Assembly: GCF_001194135.2 (NCBI RefSeq)
Contig: NC_068981.1
Location: forward strand, 196,862,306 to 196,918,591
Length of the DNA: 56,286 nucleotides
Source of the DNA: Octopus bimaculoides
Taxonomy: Eukaryota
Direction of reading: 5' to 3'
Within the stretch, counting starts at the first letter, position 1, and each line of letters begins with the position of its first letter. Position numbers and translations under genes: made by a program. The notes beneath the pieces were generated by a model. The model saw only the letters and a program-made list of their open reading frames with translations, did not search any database and had not been told where the DNA came from. Shown one piece after another: positions 26,141 to 40,020 of this stretch.

Positions 26141-29100
26141 TTATCGTCACCAATCTTGTGAAGGACTGTGAATTTCATTCTGCTTAAGAAAGAAGTTGGT
26201 TCTTCCTCACAGGAAAGGGAATCTGCTCTCACCAAAGAGCATCTCCTCCCTACGAGAGATGTACCCCCAACCTACGCTTTTTCATTACCTTTTTCGGTTG
26301 GAAATTTTATCGTTCTTTTCAAAAAATTCTACTTCAGCTTCTCCTTCGACTTCTGTCCGTTCTCAGGAGACTCATGTATAATGACAGAATTCAGTTACCT
26401 TGCAGATGTGACATCTCTTGAGCGAGAAGAATATTTTTGGACAACTATTTCGATGGCTGCAGTTCCTCTATCCTCACTGAAAATTCACATTTATACGAAT
26501 ATTTATTTGTGCACTTAGTTTATATTAGTAAATGTCTAAACCACAATCTGGAAAAAGCTTGTGTTTTCAGGCAAAGAGAGCGACAGGCACATCACAAATA
26601 CAATCTGCGAGAGGCACAGAAAAAATATGCAAGTCTTTTCTAAAGCTCAACATGTCAATCTTCACTATGGTTGTTATCCAAATTCTTACGATGGATCTTG
26701 TTTGTTTTTTTGTTAGAAGACAGCTCTATCTTTATAAGAATTCAAAGAATTAATGAAGAAGATAGCATGCTTGCATACATGCTCGCCAACAAACAAGTAT
26801 GCATAAATATATATATACATACACAATCATACATGCACACGAACACAGAGCTATACATTTCTATACTGAATTATATATGCATATATATACACACAAACAC
26901 ACAGACATACATGCATACACACATAGAAAGAACAAGATATAAACGAACGTGTAAGAGAGAGTTAAATAAAAGAGAAGGAGAATAATAGAGAGTGTCGGTT
27001 TAAAGGGAGATAATAAAGACTGGAAAAGAAAAAAATTAACAGAGAAGAAGCAAACGCAACAACAAAGTAAAAGCATGTAATGTGTGTGTGTGTGTGTTAA
27101 TTGGATGGAGGTGAACGTTATTCAGGGAGAGGACGGAAGTGACAGAAAAAAATGGCGAAGAAAACTGAATCAATGAAGAGAAAATGGAAAAAAAAGCAGA
27201 CGATAAAGTTGTGTATGAAATGATTGGCCTCCCTTAGAAATGTCGAGTTTCCGGATGACGTTAGTAGAGAACTGGATGGCTTCTAATAGGGCGGGTATAT
27301 TGAATGTGACGAGTAAAACGGGTGGTGGATACATTGGGAAGAGGGTGAGCGTTGGAGACGGAAGAGGTAAAGGGGACAAAAGATTGAGAAGATTAAATAC
27401 AAATTTGAAATATGTTAATCATAAATCCCCCCTCACATACACACACACTCACATACACACAGATACACACACGTATGTACACAAACACTGCAAATACACA
27501 ACAGATACTACACACACGAATTCATGTATATTTGAAAACACATGTACACACATATACATAACACACACACACATGCATAAAATACAGATACAGTATATGC
27601 CACATGCATGTACGTACATGCATTTGCACACACATGAACATACACATTCTCACGTACACACACACACAAAGAACACACATATACACACATATAAAACTCA
27701 TATATATATACTGCAAACACAGGTATACGTAGAGCACACATATGTGCATACAGGTACACACAACACACACGCATGTACATTTACATTTGTCGCAAACACA
27801 CACACGCACATAAAGACATAAACGCATATACGCACACACGTTCAACTACGCGCACATACGCACACCCGTTGATGCAGACGCATACACGTACACACACGTG
27901 TGCATGCTGGTGCATCAAGTTGAAACAACAACAACAACAGCAATACAGGTATGATAACAACAACAATGATGATAGTGACGTCAGTAAAAGAACAACAATG
28001 GAAGTTGGAAGAAGAAGAAGAAGAAGAAGGAGAAGAAGAAGAAGAAGAAGAAGAAGAAGAAGAAGAAGAAGAAGAAGAAGAAGAAGAAGAAGAAGAAGAA
28101 NNNNNNNNNNNNNNNNNNNNNNNNNNNNNNNNNNNNNNNNNNNNNNNNNNNNNNNNNNNNNNNNNNNNNNNNNNNNNNNNNNNNNNNNNNNNNNNNNNNN
28201 NNNNNNNNNNNNNNNNNNNNNNNNNNNNNNNNNNNNNNNNNNNNNNNNNNNNNNNNNNNNNNNNNNNNNNNNNNNNNNNNNNNNNNNNNNNNNNNNNNNN
28301 NNNNNNNNNNNNNNNNNNNNNNNNNNNNNNNNNNNNNNNNNNNNNNNNNNNNNNNNNNNNNNNNNNNNNNNNNNNNNNNNNNNNNNNNNNNNNNNNNNNN
28401 NNNNNNNNNNNNNNNNNNNNNNNNNNNNNNNNNNNNNNNNNNNNNNNNNNNNNNNNNNNNNNNNNNNNNNNNNNNNNNNNNNNNNNNNNNNNNNNNNNNN
28501 NNNNNNNNNNNNNNNNNNNNNNNNNNNNNNNNNNNNNNNNNNNNNNNNNNNNNNNNNNNNNNNNNNNNNNNNNNNNNNNNNNNNNNNNNNNNNNNNNNNN
28601 NNNNNNNNNNNNNNNNNNNNNNNNNNNNNNNNNNNNNNNNNNNNNNNNNNNNNNNNNNNNNNNNNNNNNNNNNNNNNNNNNNNNNNNNNNNNNNNNNNNN
28701 NNNNNNNNNNNNNNNNNNNNNNNNNNNNNNNNNNNNNNNNNNNNNNNNNNNNNNNNNNNNNNNNNNNNNNNNNNNNNNNNNNNNNNNNNNNNNNNNNNNN
28801 NNNNNNNNNNNNNNNNNNNNNNNNNNNNNNNNNNNNNNNNNNNNNNNNNNNNNNNNNNNNNNNNNNNNNNNNNNNNNNNNNNNNNNNNNNNNNNNNNNNN
28901 NNNNNNNNNNNNNNNNNNNNNNNNNNNNNNNNNNNNNNNNNNNNNNNNNNNNNNNNNNNNNNNNNNNNNNNNNNNNNNNNNNNNNNNNNNNNNNNNNNNN
29001 NNNNNNNNNNNNNNNNNNNNNNNNNNNNNNNNNNNNNNNNNNNNNNNNNNACATGCTGAATCGAGGAAAGAAAGCTTACAGAATTTGTCTTTTAATTCGT

Positions 29101-29818
29101 TATTCCCGAATCGGACCGATTTCTGGATTACTCCACAAGGATTCTTCCTTCTTCAGCGAGAAGCAGGATTAGAAATACATGGAACACTTACATATATCCA
29201 CGGAAAAAGCAGGTGCAAAGTCATGTGTACATTTAAGTACCCCAAATATATCCAAACAGAAAATTCGTGTTTCTCGGTGAAGAACCTTTGTGGATTAATC
29301 CAAAAATTGGTCCGATTTGGAAATAACGAATTTTAAAAAAAATATTTCTATTAGTTTTCTTCCCTCGTTCTCAACACCGTGTTGGTGGATAAATATTCTT
29401 TATTTGTGGCTATATATGCATATAAAGTATTGGTAATCAGTCCTAATTAATGACTTTCTAATCAATAATAATTAATGACTTTCTAATTAATAAAAAGAAA
29501 CTTCTCTTCAAATTATATATTTTTTCACATGAAACATGAAAAGCTACGAAACAAGTTGCATTGATCCGGTACCGACAGCTTGGTGGACTGACCGCTGGAC
29601 AGTGGTCTTCTCGCTGAGCCACGTTGATCTGGTGCCTAATACTGAGAGCAAGATGGACTAATTCATGGACCGTGGTGTCATCTAGTGTCTCTGTTGACAC
29701 TAACGAGATTTTCTAATACCAACTAACTCCGCCATTTCTAACGTATTCATTTAAAACTACCAAACATTTTCAATAAAACCCGTTCGTTTTATTTCACGTT
29801 GTTTTATTTCTTTTTAGC

Positions 29819-29855
29819 TATCTTGACAAAGAGCTTCTTACTCGAAACATTGATA
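29819..29855 (+). ncRNA. Decayed minimal hammerhead-like motif (third family)
   Basis: TATC-TTGACAA-A-GAG-CTTCTTA-CTC-GAAA-CATT-GATA: helices I and II pair perfectly, but the core differs from CUGANGA at two positions. Confidence 0.4.
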
Positions 29856-30574
29856 ACTTTCTTTTCCTCAAAGCATCATACATTAAAACTATTTGGGTTT
29901 TCTCCTTGTTTTTACTGTAATTTTGTTTCTGTGGATTAACCTCGCCTACGCAAATCCGCAAGATTCTTCCGATTCTTGATTACCGACGACTGGAACTTGG
30001 TGCCAATTTTTGAATGTAAAGAACCAGTTGATATGATCGTAGACTCAGACAATTAGACAGAAATACATAAAATTAATAAAATCAATTATACACACTTGAA
30101 GAACAGACTTCTCTGGCTTCGGTTCAAATGATTTTTGCCTTAATGAAAGACTGTGCACACATACGCGCACACGCACGCACACGCACACACATAAACACAC
30201 ACGCACACATACGCATACATACACACAGACAATCAACATACATATATATATGTGCACACTCGTGCACACATAATCATATACATGTATACACACACACATA
30301 TACATACATACATATATATACATACATAAAGGTATATTGGAATGTATATATAAATGTATATATACATGTGTGTGTGTGTAAAAATGTATGCATATGTAGG
30401 TATATATGTATATACATTTACGTAACTCTGTATGTGTGCATACATAACTGAAGGCACACCAGTGCACCATATATACATACACATGCCACATACATACGTA
30501 CAAACATACACATATATACACACATATATATATATATGCGTGTGTGTTTATTTGTGAATGCATATATGTGTTTA

Positions 30575-30618
<44 letters not shown>

Positions 30619-30677
30619 GTGTGTATGTGCCTATATGCAATCATGAATATATATGTATATGTATATATACATATATA

Positions 30678-30737
<60 letters not shown>

Positions 30738-31178
30738 CGTGTGTGTGTCAAATGCAGAGTTATGGATAATTTACATAGATAGTTGACGTGTATGAGGTAG
30801 AAGGGAGTAGGATTGTAAGTGTGTGTATGTATTGATGCGTGTGTACATGTGTGTGTCCGTGTGTGTATTTGGTGTAGAAAAAGGCGAGGAGCCGGTTTAT
30901 GTGATAAACAACGTATAATATCGTTCAAGGAATATCTTTTTCCATACAACACGGCTGTCACTGTGAAAGGCAGCAGTTATCTCTACGTCGGTAGAGTGGT
31001 TGATTTATCGGGGTTTGTGGGTGGGCAGACTACCCAAGTTCTTGGCTTACCCATAATACAACATCAAACCTCCCACTCTCCCTCCTCTGACCCTCTTTCA
31101 CGTCTTCATTCAGCTACTAAATTATATATGCACACACCCATACACACTGTTCACATATACTATGCACACATATGGAAG

Positions 31179-31261
<83 letters not shown>

Positions 31262-31678
31262 TAAATATANNNNNNNNNNNNNNNNNNNNNNNNNNNNNNN
31301 NNNNNNNNNNNNNNNNNNNNNNNNNNNNNNNNNNNNNNNNNNNNNNNNNNNNNNNNNNNNNNNNNNNNNNNNNNNNNNNNNNNNNNNNNNNNNNNNNNNN
31401 NNNNNNNNNNNNNNNNNNNNNNNNNNNNNNNNNNNNNNNNNNNNNNNNNNNNNNNNNNNNNNNNNNNNNNNNNNNNNNNNNNNNNNNNNNNNNNNNNNNN
31501 NNNNNNNNNNNNNNNNNNNNNNNNNNNNNNNNNNNNNNNNNNNNNNNNNNNNNNNNNNNNNNNNNNNNNNNNNNNNNNNNNNNNNNNNNNNNNNNNNNNN
31601 NNNNNNNNNNNNNNNNNNNNNNNNNNNNNNNNNNNNNNNNNNNNNNNNNNNNNNNNNNNNNNNNNNNNNNNNNNNNNN

Positions 31679-31710
<32 letters not shown>

Positions 31711-32142
31711 TGTGTTTATGTATGCAAGTATGGATGTACGTATATACACATATACGTATATGTGTGTGTGTGTATGTATATATGTATATGCACACATACA
31801 CACACAGATTAGTTATAGGATTGAATAGAACCTAGGTACATGAACATATGTCTAGGTACAATAGCATAGGGTACCTAGTGAGGTTTGAGCAACCGTGAAG
31901 GTATCATGTGTGGGTAGGATACTGTAGATATGGAAGTACCAAATCCTATTTGTGTTCCTTTCTCAGTGTGTGTGTGTGTGCTTGTGTAGGTCAGCGATGC
32001 ACGACCTGCAACGCGCGAAGGTATCTTGTGCGGCCCGTGAAACTATTTTGCAAAGACTTTCTTACTTTAATAAATAAACATGGTGAACTGCTTGGGCCAC
32101 CATCACAGACTGAAATCACACAGAATAGTATTTATTTAAACC

Positions 32143-32540
32143 GGCGAGCTGGCAGAAACGTTAGCACGTCGGGCGAAATGCTTAGCAGTATTTCGTCTGT
32201 CTTTACGTTCTGAGTTCAAATTCCGGCGATGTCGACGACTTTGCCTTTCATCCTTTCGGGGTCGATAAATTAAGTACCGCAGTTCTATATTTAAGAGATG
32301 AGGAATTATGTACATTATTTACATTATTTACATTTGACGGATATGTTTCCTTGTTTGTTGTTAACACAACAAACAGGCTGGCGGGTATATCAGCTGAAAC
32401 GTTGTTAACAACAAACAAGATGACACATATCTGTCAAGTGTAAATAACGTAAATAAATTAAGTACCAGTTGCGCACTGAGGTCGATCTAATCCACCGGCC
32501 CCCTCCCCAAAAATTTCGGACCTTGTGCCTAGAATAGAAA
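32143..32540 (+). mobile_element. SINE family B, full length, 17-bp TSD, interrupted by family C
   Basis: TSD AGAATAGTATTTATTTA at 32122-32138 and 32541-32557. Confidence 0.92.
32279..32452. mobile_element. Family C insertion made of two inverted 3' segments
   Basis: Minus arm 32280-32370 with tail, plus arm 32375-32452 without tail; 14-bp TSD ATAAATTAAGTACC at 32265-32278 and 32453-32466. Confidence 0.85.
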
Positions 32541-32609
32541 AGAATAGTATTTATTTATTAACTTTTATTATTATATTTCCTTACATTATTTTCTTCCATG
32601 TCTTTATTC

Positions 32610-34590
32610 AGTAAATTGCCACATCCGTCAAAACATTTTTTTTTGTCGTGGAATACAAGATACGAAAATGTAATGTGATTAATATCTTCCTTGAGAAAAT
32701 CAAACTCAACCCCAAAGTGTTCTTCTCTTTTGTGAAAAAAACACAAGGTCAGTATCTCCACTGTTGGTCCTCTAATTGATGAAAATGGCAATGCCAAAAC
32801 CATCAGTGAGATACCGCAGAAACAGTACTGCTCTGTCTTTAGCAATCCTGATATGGCCAATCTGGACTGTATCAACGATGTTAATCCTCAACACACTATA
32901 TCGGACATAACGTTTGGTGTCCGTGATGTCTTAGCGGCAATAAACGAAATCAAACACAATTCAGCTGTAGGCACTGATATGTCCCCTGCTTGTGTCCTGA
33001 AGGTGCATCTCCTCTTTCTAATCTGTGGAGGAACTCACTGGATGCTGGGTATATTCCTGAAAACTTTCTCTTCCGGTTTGTTGTCACAGTTTTCAAAAAG
33101 GGAAACAACTCCCTTGCAGTGAACTATCGTCTGATCTCGCTCACCTCTCATATCATCAAGGTATTTGAGAGGGTGGTGAGATCGAGGATATCCCACTTTC
33201 TTGAAAGCAATAGACTGCTGAACTCCAATCAACATGGGGTCCGTAATGGAAGGAACTGCCTAACGCAGCTCCTGCATCACCTTGATGACACTTTGAGAGC
33301 TTTGGGAGAGGGCTCGAATACTGATGTCATCTACCTTGATTTCAGCAAGGCCTTTGACAGGATGGGTCAGAAGATCCTCTTGAAAAAAACTATCCAACAT
33401 TGGCGTCTCTGAAAAGTTACAACAATGGATCAAGTGTATCCTGACAGACAGAACCCAACACGTTGTAGTAGAAGGAATAAAATCAAGCCCAGTCAAAGTC
33501 AGTAGTGGTGTTCCTCAAGGCACTGTGTTGGGCCCACTTCTTTTCATCATTTGCATCAATGACATTACTGACGTCATCAAGCACAGTGACGTAAGGATCT
33601 TTGCGGATGATTCCAAGATCCAGAAGGTAACCTTCTAGAAGTAGGTGAAGTAGGTGACCGGGTATGCCTTCAGTCAGATCTACTGGCTGTCATCCAATGG
33701 GCGGAAAAGAATAATATGCTGCTGAACGAGGACAAATATGAGTCAATCCACTTCGGAAAAGAGGATACTTTGAAACTCTCATACTCCCTTCATTCTGGTG
33801 AAACTCTCCTGGCATCCAACAACATCAGAGATTTATGAATAAGTGTGAACAACAACATAAGCCGGGCCGCTCATATAAACAGCAAAGTTGACGTGGCCGG
33901 CAGAATGTGTTCCTGGATTCTCAGAACTTTGCAGTCGAGAGATATCCACACCATTGTCCTTCTCTTCTCCGTTTTTGCCCGACCCCCACCTTGAATAATG
34001 TTGTCCACTCTGGTCTCCCCACACGAAACAAAGTATCATGAAAATTGAAGAACCTCAAAGGTCAATTAAAATAAAAAAGAATAGATGGCATGACAGGCCT
34101 TGACTATTGGAGTCGACTAGAAAAGCTCAAGCTTTTCTAGTCCAACGCTGCCGTGAGCGCTACATCATCTGCATGATGAGGAAAATATTCTATCAGCATT
34201 GCCCAAATGATGTTGGAGTCAGCTTTAAGATACACTCAAGACTTGGGCCTCGTGCTCTCCGCCCACGACAAAAATCACACTCGCATCACATAACAACAAT
34301 ACAGCACAATTATTTTATCTCAATTGGCCCCGCTTTCTTTCACATTACACCGAAACACATTAAAGCAGAAACAGACCCCATAAAGTTCAAGAAGTCTTTG
34401 GACAAATTCCTTCGAAAAATCACGGATAAACTTCCTACTCGGATATATCTCCGCAAACAATAACTCTCTTCTCGAGTGGGCCATGTTGTTCGATTCCTGA
34501 TTTGAATGACTTCGCCAGGTGGTGCTATTAAGTTAGACATGGCCTGGGCCAATACTGGCCGAAACCTTTCAAAGTATCAAAGCATCAAAA
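32610..34590 (+). mobile_element. 5'-truncated, frameshifted CR1/Jockey-group LINE (RT and 3' UTR)
   Basis: NYRLISLTSHIIKVFE, NQHG, YLDFSKAFD, VPQG (33510-33521) and FADD (33600-33611); short repeat tail CAAAGTATCAAAGCATCAAAA. Confidence 0.9.
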
Positions 34591-34602
34591 TATGTATGTA
34601 TG

Positions 34603-34652
<50 letters not shown>

Positions 34653-34737
34653 TACACACACACACACACACGCACACACACACGTTGATATATGAATCAT
34701 AATGAACGTAATTCACATGTAAGCTCATATATACGCT

Positions 34738-34769
<32 letters not shown>

Positions 34770-34873
34770 CTGCACTGATGTGTATACACATCTTCATATA
34801 TCATGATCAAGACCTGTACACATTCATATATGTGCACACATCCACACACACACACACACACACACACAAGCAC

Positions 34874-34908
<35 letters not shown>

Positions 34909-35600
34909 GAAATACCTATACACACGCACACACAAACCCAGAAATGCAGATATATGTTACGTGTTTGGCTGCGTGTTTGTCACATATACACAGAAAAACA
35001 CACGCATATAAATACATATATGTATTTGTGTGTGCGTGTATATAGGTATATATACATACACACACACTTACATATATACATACATATATATATATATATA
35101 TACATATGTGTGTGTGTATGTGTGTATGTGTGTATACATGCATTCCTGCACACACAATTAATGGAAGACCATTTATCATTTTGGCGCCAATGAGACAAAA
35201 ATCGATCGGTGGTCACCAAACTTTAGCCTTTTTTTTCGCTCAACTGTACAGTAGCCATTTCGAAGAATCCTTCGAAGTCATCGAAGTTTGGCGACAAGAC
35301 TCCTGGAGCTAACAGCATCGGGAATATAGCGATACTGGTGAAGGTCATTTGACTTCTACAATGGAATCAAACAGTTGGAAGAGTTTGTGGTCAGTGAGTG
35401 GATATTTCAGAGAGAGAGAGAGAGAAAACGAAATCAGATGACCACAAATATGGAGGTTTGGTACAGGAATTCGCTTCATAGTCACGTAGTTACCGTTTGT
35501 TCGGTACCATTGATATGTCTCGTTTATATTTTGATTGTGATTGCTATAATATATCCCCATAACCTTCTCCACACATATACACATATATACATACATATAC

Positions 35601-35668
<68 letters not shown>

Positions 35669-35690
35669 AATAAATGCGCCCTTTTAAAAC

Positions 35691-37180
35691 CTAGCGGAGT
35701 CTAATGTCTCGGAGGTGCTCCGCGAACCGGTCAGCCAAGCGGCGTCCCGTTTGACCGATGTACAGAGAAGGACAGAAAGAGCAGGAGCAGTAAATGACGT
35801 TACTAGAAGTGCAGGTAATGGAGTCCGTGATATGATAGGGGTGATGATGGGTGCCTGCAAGGATGGTGGAGCTGGATAGATAGGGGCAAATGCGGCAGCG
35901 TAGGCGGGAGCAGGGGAACGAGCCGGGTTGGGAGGTGGGGTTAGGGAAGAAACTGTTCACCAGGAGGTCACGTAGGTTGTGGGCTCGTTTGAAGGAGGGA
36001 AGGGCTAGGTTGGGGAAGATGAGCAAAGTGGAGAGGTCGGACTGGAATCGCCGGAAAGCTCAGAGAATGGTGCGTTGGAGGGGCAGAGTGGAGAGTGGTA
36101 GGTGAAGGGAACGGAAGACGGGCAACGGCAGGGTGGGTGTGGGGAGAGAGAGCAGAGGTATGGTCCACGGAACTGCTCAAGGGCTGTGTGGATAGTGGTG
36201 AAGGAATATCTACGAAGGATGAAGTGACGAGCAATGTGTTGAGACTGAGTCTCAAAGTCGTGGTTGTCACTGAAGAGCCTGCGCAGACGGAAGATTTGTG
36301 AGTAGGAGATGGAGAGCTTGGTATGGATAGGGTGGAAGGAGAAGTTGGGGTATGAGTGTGAGTCGGTGTGTTTGTAGTGGAAGGAGGTAGTGAGAGCAGA
36401 GTTGTGTAAGTTGACCGAAATGTCGTGAAAGACGACGGAAGTGTTGGAAATGGTACAGGAGAATTCGAGGACAGGATGGAAGGATTGGACAAAAGAGAGG
36501 AAGTTTAGTTGTTCGCGGGAGAACGAGGTCGCGTCGATACACTCATCAATATAACGACCGTATAGTTCGGGAGTGTTACCAGTGAATCTTGGAAATATTT
36601 GGGCCTGAACGTAGCCAACGAACAGGTCCGTGTAGTTGGGGCCCATTCTCGTTCTTATGGCCACTCCCTAGACTGTTTGTAAAACTCCCTCTCGAACAAG
36701 AAGCAGATGAGGGAGAGAACAAGTTCCACCAGACGAAGAAGTGTGGACGCATCAGGTTGTGGGTTGGGCTGAAGGTCTAGGAAATGTTTGAGGGTAAGCA
36801 GTCCTTCGTTGTGTAGTATCACCGTATATTGACTCTTGATAATCAAGAGTGAAGAGAAGTTTAGAGGGGCCAGGAGAGAAGGAGAAAGAGTTGAAAAGAT
36901 GGAGAGCATGGTTAGAATCGTGGATGTGGAAGTGCAGGGAAACCACTAAGAGGGCAAGGACACGGTCGAGGCATTTCGAGATCAGTTCCGTGGGGCAGTT
37001 ACAGGCGGAGACGATGGGGCGGCCAGGGCTGTTGGGCTTGTGGATTTGGGAAAGGAACTAAATGGTGGTGGTGCGTGGAGTGCGGACAATGAGGTTGGAG
37101 GCGGTGGGAGAGAGACGGGAGGAAGAAATTAGGTCGGTAGCTAGGCGTGGGGCTGGAGGGCAAAGGGAAATAGAAGAAGG
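35691..37180 (-). mobile_element. Penelope-like element relic, RT plus GIY-YIG endonuclease (Neptune-type)
   Basis: IHKPNSPGRPIVSAC, MGPNYTDLFVG and RYIDE (YIDD decayed); Cys linker CSRLRCRIC; VIY...YIGQTGRRLADRFAEH. Several frameshifts, truncated at both ends. Confidence 0.9.
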
Positions 37181-37216
37181 TGTATATATATATATGTATG
37201 TATGTATGTATGTATT

Positions 37217-37266
<50 letters not shown>

Positions 37267-37345
37267 CACAAACACATATATATGTTATATATGTGTGTGT
37301 ATGCTTATATGTATATGTATGTGAGTGTGAGTGTGTGTGTTCATA

Positions 37346-37393
<48 letters not shown>

Positions 37394-37404
37394 TCTGTAT
37401 GTTT

Positions 37405-37525
37405 ATACGATGTGCTTCTTTCAGTTTCCGGCTACCAATTCCTCTCACAAGACTTTGGTTGGCCCAGGGCTATAGTAGAAAGCACCTGCCCCAGGTGCCA
37501 CGATGTGGGGCTGAATCTGGAACTA
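37405..37525 (-). mobile_element. SINE family A, 5' fragment
   Basis: Diverged match to the A head and body. Confidence 0.75.
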
Positions 37526-37556
37526 CGTATGTATGTATGCATGTATATATGTATCA

Positions 37557-37557
37557 A

Positions 37558-37645
<88 letters not shown>
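37557..37645. repeat. (GATA)n microsatellite
   Basis: Direct inspection; a similar (GATA/GACA)n tract lies at 52048-52335. Confidence 0.95.
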
Positions 37646-38472
37646 GTATGAAGCTAACAACTTATGAAGACTATATGGAGAAGCAAGATGGCCACAATGT
37701 CATCTCCGGCGATTATTATTCTCCGTCGTGTATCATAAATATATGTGACGGCGTGTATGAATGTATATGAGTGTATAGATATATGGCTGTGTACACATGT
37801 GCACATGTGTGTGTGTGTATGTCTGTGCATGCATGTTCGTGCGTGTGTATATATGCGTTTATGCATATGCGTTAGTGTGCATGTGTGCACGTGTGGGGGG
37901 GGGGTATATCTAAGTGCAGCCAATCATGATGGTTAATCTCAGTGGAAGATGTGAGGAGATTGACCACAGCGGAGACGTTGTGTACGACAGAGAGAGCAAT
38001 GCGAGAGAGGGAAAGATAGACGGGTGGAGAGAGTAATAGGAGGAGGGGGTGACAGTGATGGGTTGTGTGGTAGTGGTGGTGGTGGTGGTGGTGGTGGTGG
38101 TGGTAGGTAGGTTGTGTGGGCGGGGGTGGCGAAGCCGTGGCGTCAATGAAGTCATGGATATTTATCTGTTGTGGCCCGGCAATCTGGATTGGCAAGTTAA
38201 GATAGAGAAGAAAGATAACGTCCCTTTAGTGATGGTCAGTTGGTTGGACATGATGCGTAAATTGGCCAAATGACAGCGGTGGGGTGGGGGGAAGCGATGG
38301 GTGGTGACGGCGTAAAGAATTCGGAAAGAGGAGAAAGATTAAGAGGATGAGAGAAAGATTAAGAGGATGAGTGGTGATTGTGAAAGAGGGGGATGTAGAA
38401 TAAGAGAGAGAGAGAGAGGGAAAGAGAGGGGGGAACAGATAGATAGATAGACAGATATAGGTATTTAGATAA

Positions 38473-38503
<31 letters not shown>

Positions 38504-38508
38504 GATAG

Positions 38509-38545
<37 letters not shown>

Positions 38546-38561
38546 AATAGTTAGATAGATC

Positions 38562-38596
<35 letters not shown>

Positions 38597-38785
38597 GAAA
38601 AGATAGATAGACAGACAGATATAGATATTTAGATAAATATATAAGTTTCTTTATTAGCCACACAGGGCCGAACAAAGAGGGGACAAAATACAATGAAGAG
38701 CTTTTCTTTTCGAAAAAAAGTGATAGATAGATAGAGAGATAGTGACAGACAGGCAGGCTGACAGACGGGCAGATAGATAGATATA

Positions 38786-38816
<31 letters not shown>

Positions 38817-38950
38817 GCAGATCGATGACTAGATTGAGAGACAGGCGGTGTTATTGGTGCTGTTGATGACGATGAGGATGAGGATGATGGTAATGATGAT
38901 GATGATGATTCTGAAGCGACTGTGGCATTAGTTTGTAGCTCTTGTTGTTG

Positions 38951-38982
<32 letters not shown>

Positions 38983-39361
38983 GGTGGTTATAGGGTAGGT
39001 GTGTTAAAGGGGCGGTGTCGGTCAGTGCATCAAGTTAAATAATTGAACGGCTTGGGAAGGAGGAGAAGGAGGAGGAGGAGGAGGAGGGAAATTAAAGTTT
39101 TATAGCGATTAGAGNNNNNNNNNNNNNNNNNNNNNNNNNNNNNNNNNNNNNNNNNNNNNNNNNNNNNNNNNNNNNNNNNNNNNNNNNNNNNNNNNNNNNN
39201 NNNNNNNNNNNNNNNNNNNNNNNNNNNNNNNNNNNNNNNNNNNNNNNNNNNNNNNNNNNNNNNNNNNNNNNNNNNNNNNNNNNNNNNNNNNNNNNNNNNN
39301 NNNNNNNNNNNNNNNATATGAAAAATGAATGAATGACCTTTGTTATAAATGGTAAGAAATT

Positions 39362-39695
39362 TGCTTCCTAACTACATGGTTCCGAGTTCAGTTCCACTCC
39401 GCGGCACCTTAGGCAAGTGTCATCTTCCTTAGCCTCAGACTGCTCAAAGCCATGTGAGTTAATTTCGTAGTCGGAAACTGAAAGAAGTCTGCCGTGTATG
39501 TATATACATGTCTGTCTCCTCCCCCCACTATCGCTTGACAACCGGTGTTGATGTTTTTCGTCCCCGTAGCTTTGCGGTTCGGCAAAGCGATCGATAGAAT
39601 TAATCCCCAGGTTTAAAGAATAAGTAGCGGAGTCCATTTCTCAAGGTGGTGCTCCAGCATGGCCACAGTCTAATGACTGAAACAAGTGAAAGACA
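39362..39695 (+). mobile_element. SINE family A, near full length
   Basis: Collinear with other A copies. Confidence 0.85.
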
Positions 39696-40020
39696 AAACA
39701 AAAGATATTTACAAATCCTGTCGTGGGGCTGCTTTCGGTGATCAGGGGTTGTTTTGTTTTTCCTTATATAAGTAGAAGCTCGCAGTATGAGTGCCCCGTT
39801 GTACGAGCTGAAACTCGTGCGAATTTATGCCTTGAAGTACGAGCGGGAATCCGCAGTACGAGCACACAAATTGTCCCATCTTTAATTCAGTTAATAAAAC
39901 GAGTTTACATGTTTCTGTTGCATTCTCTTTTTTATAATTGTCATTTAATTTGTAACTACACCGTTTCTGTTTTAAAACCCATAAAAAATTATTTTTTGAG
40001 TGGTTTTGGGGGGTTGGAAC

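Noticed and set aside
26140-26700. Overlapping short ORFs in non-repetitive sequence
   Set aside because: No recognisable motif in any frame and no convincing splice structure.
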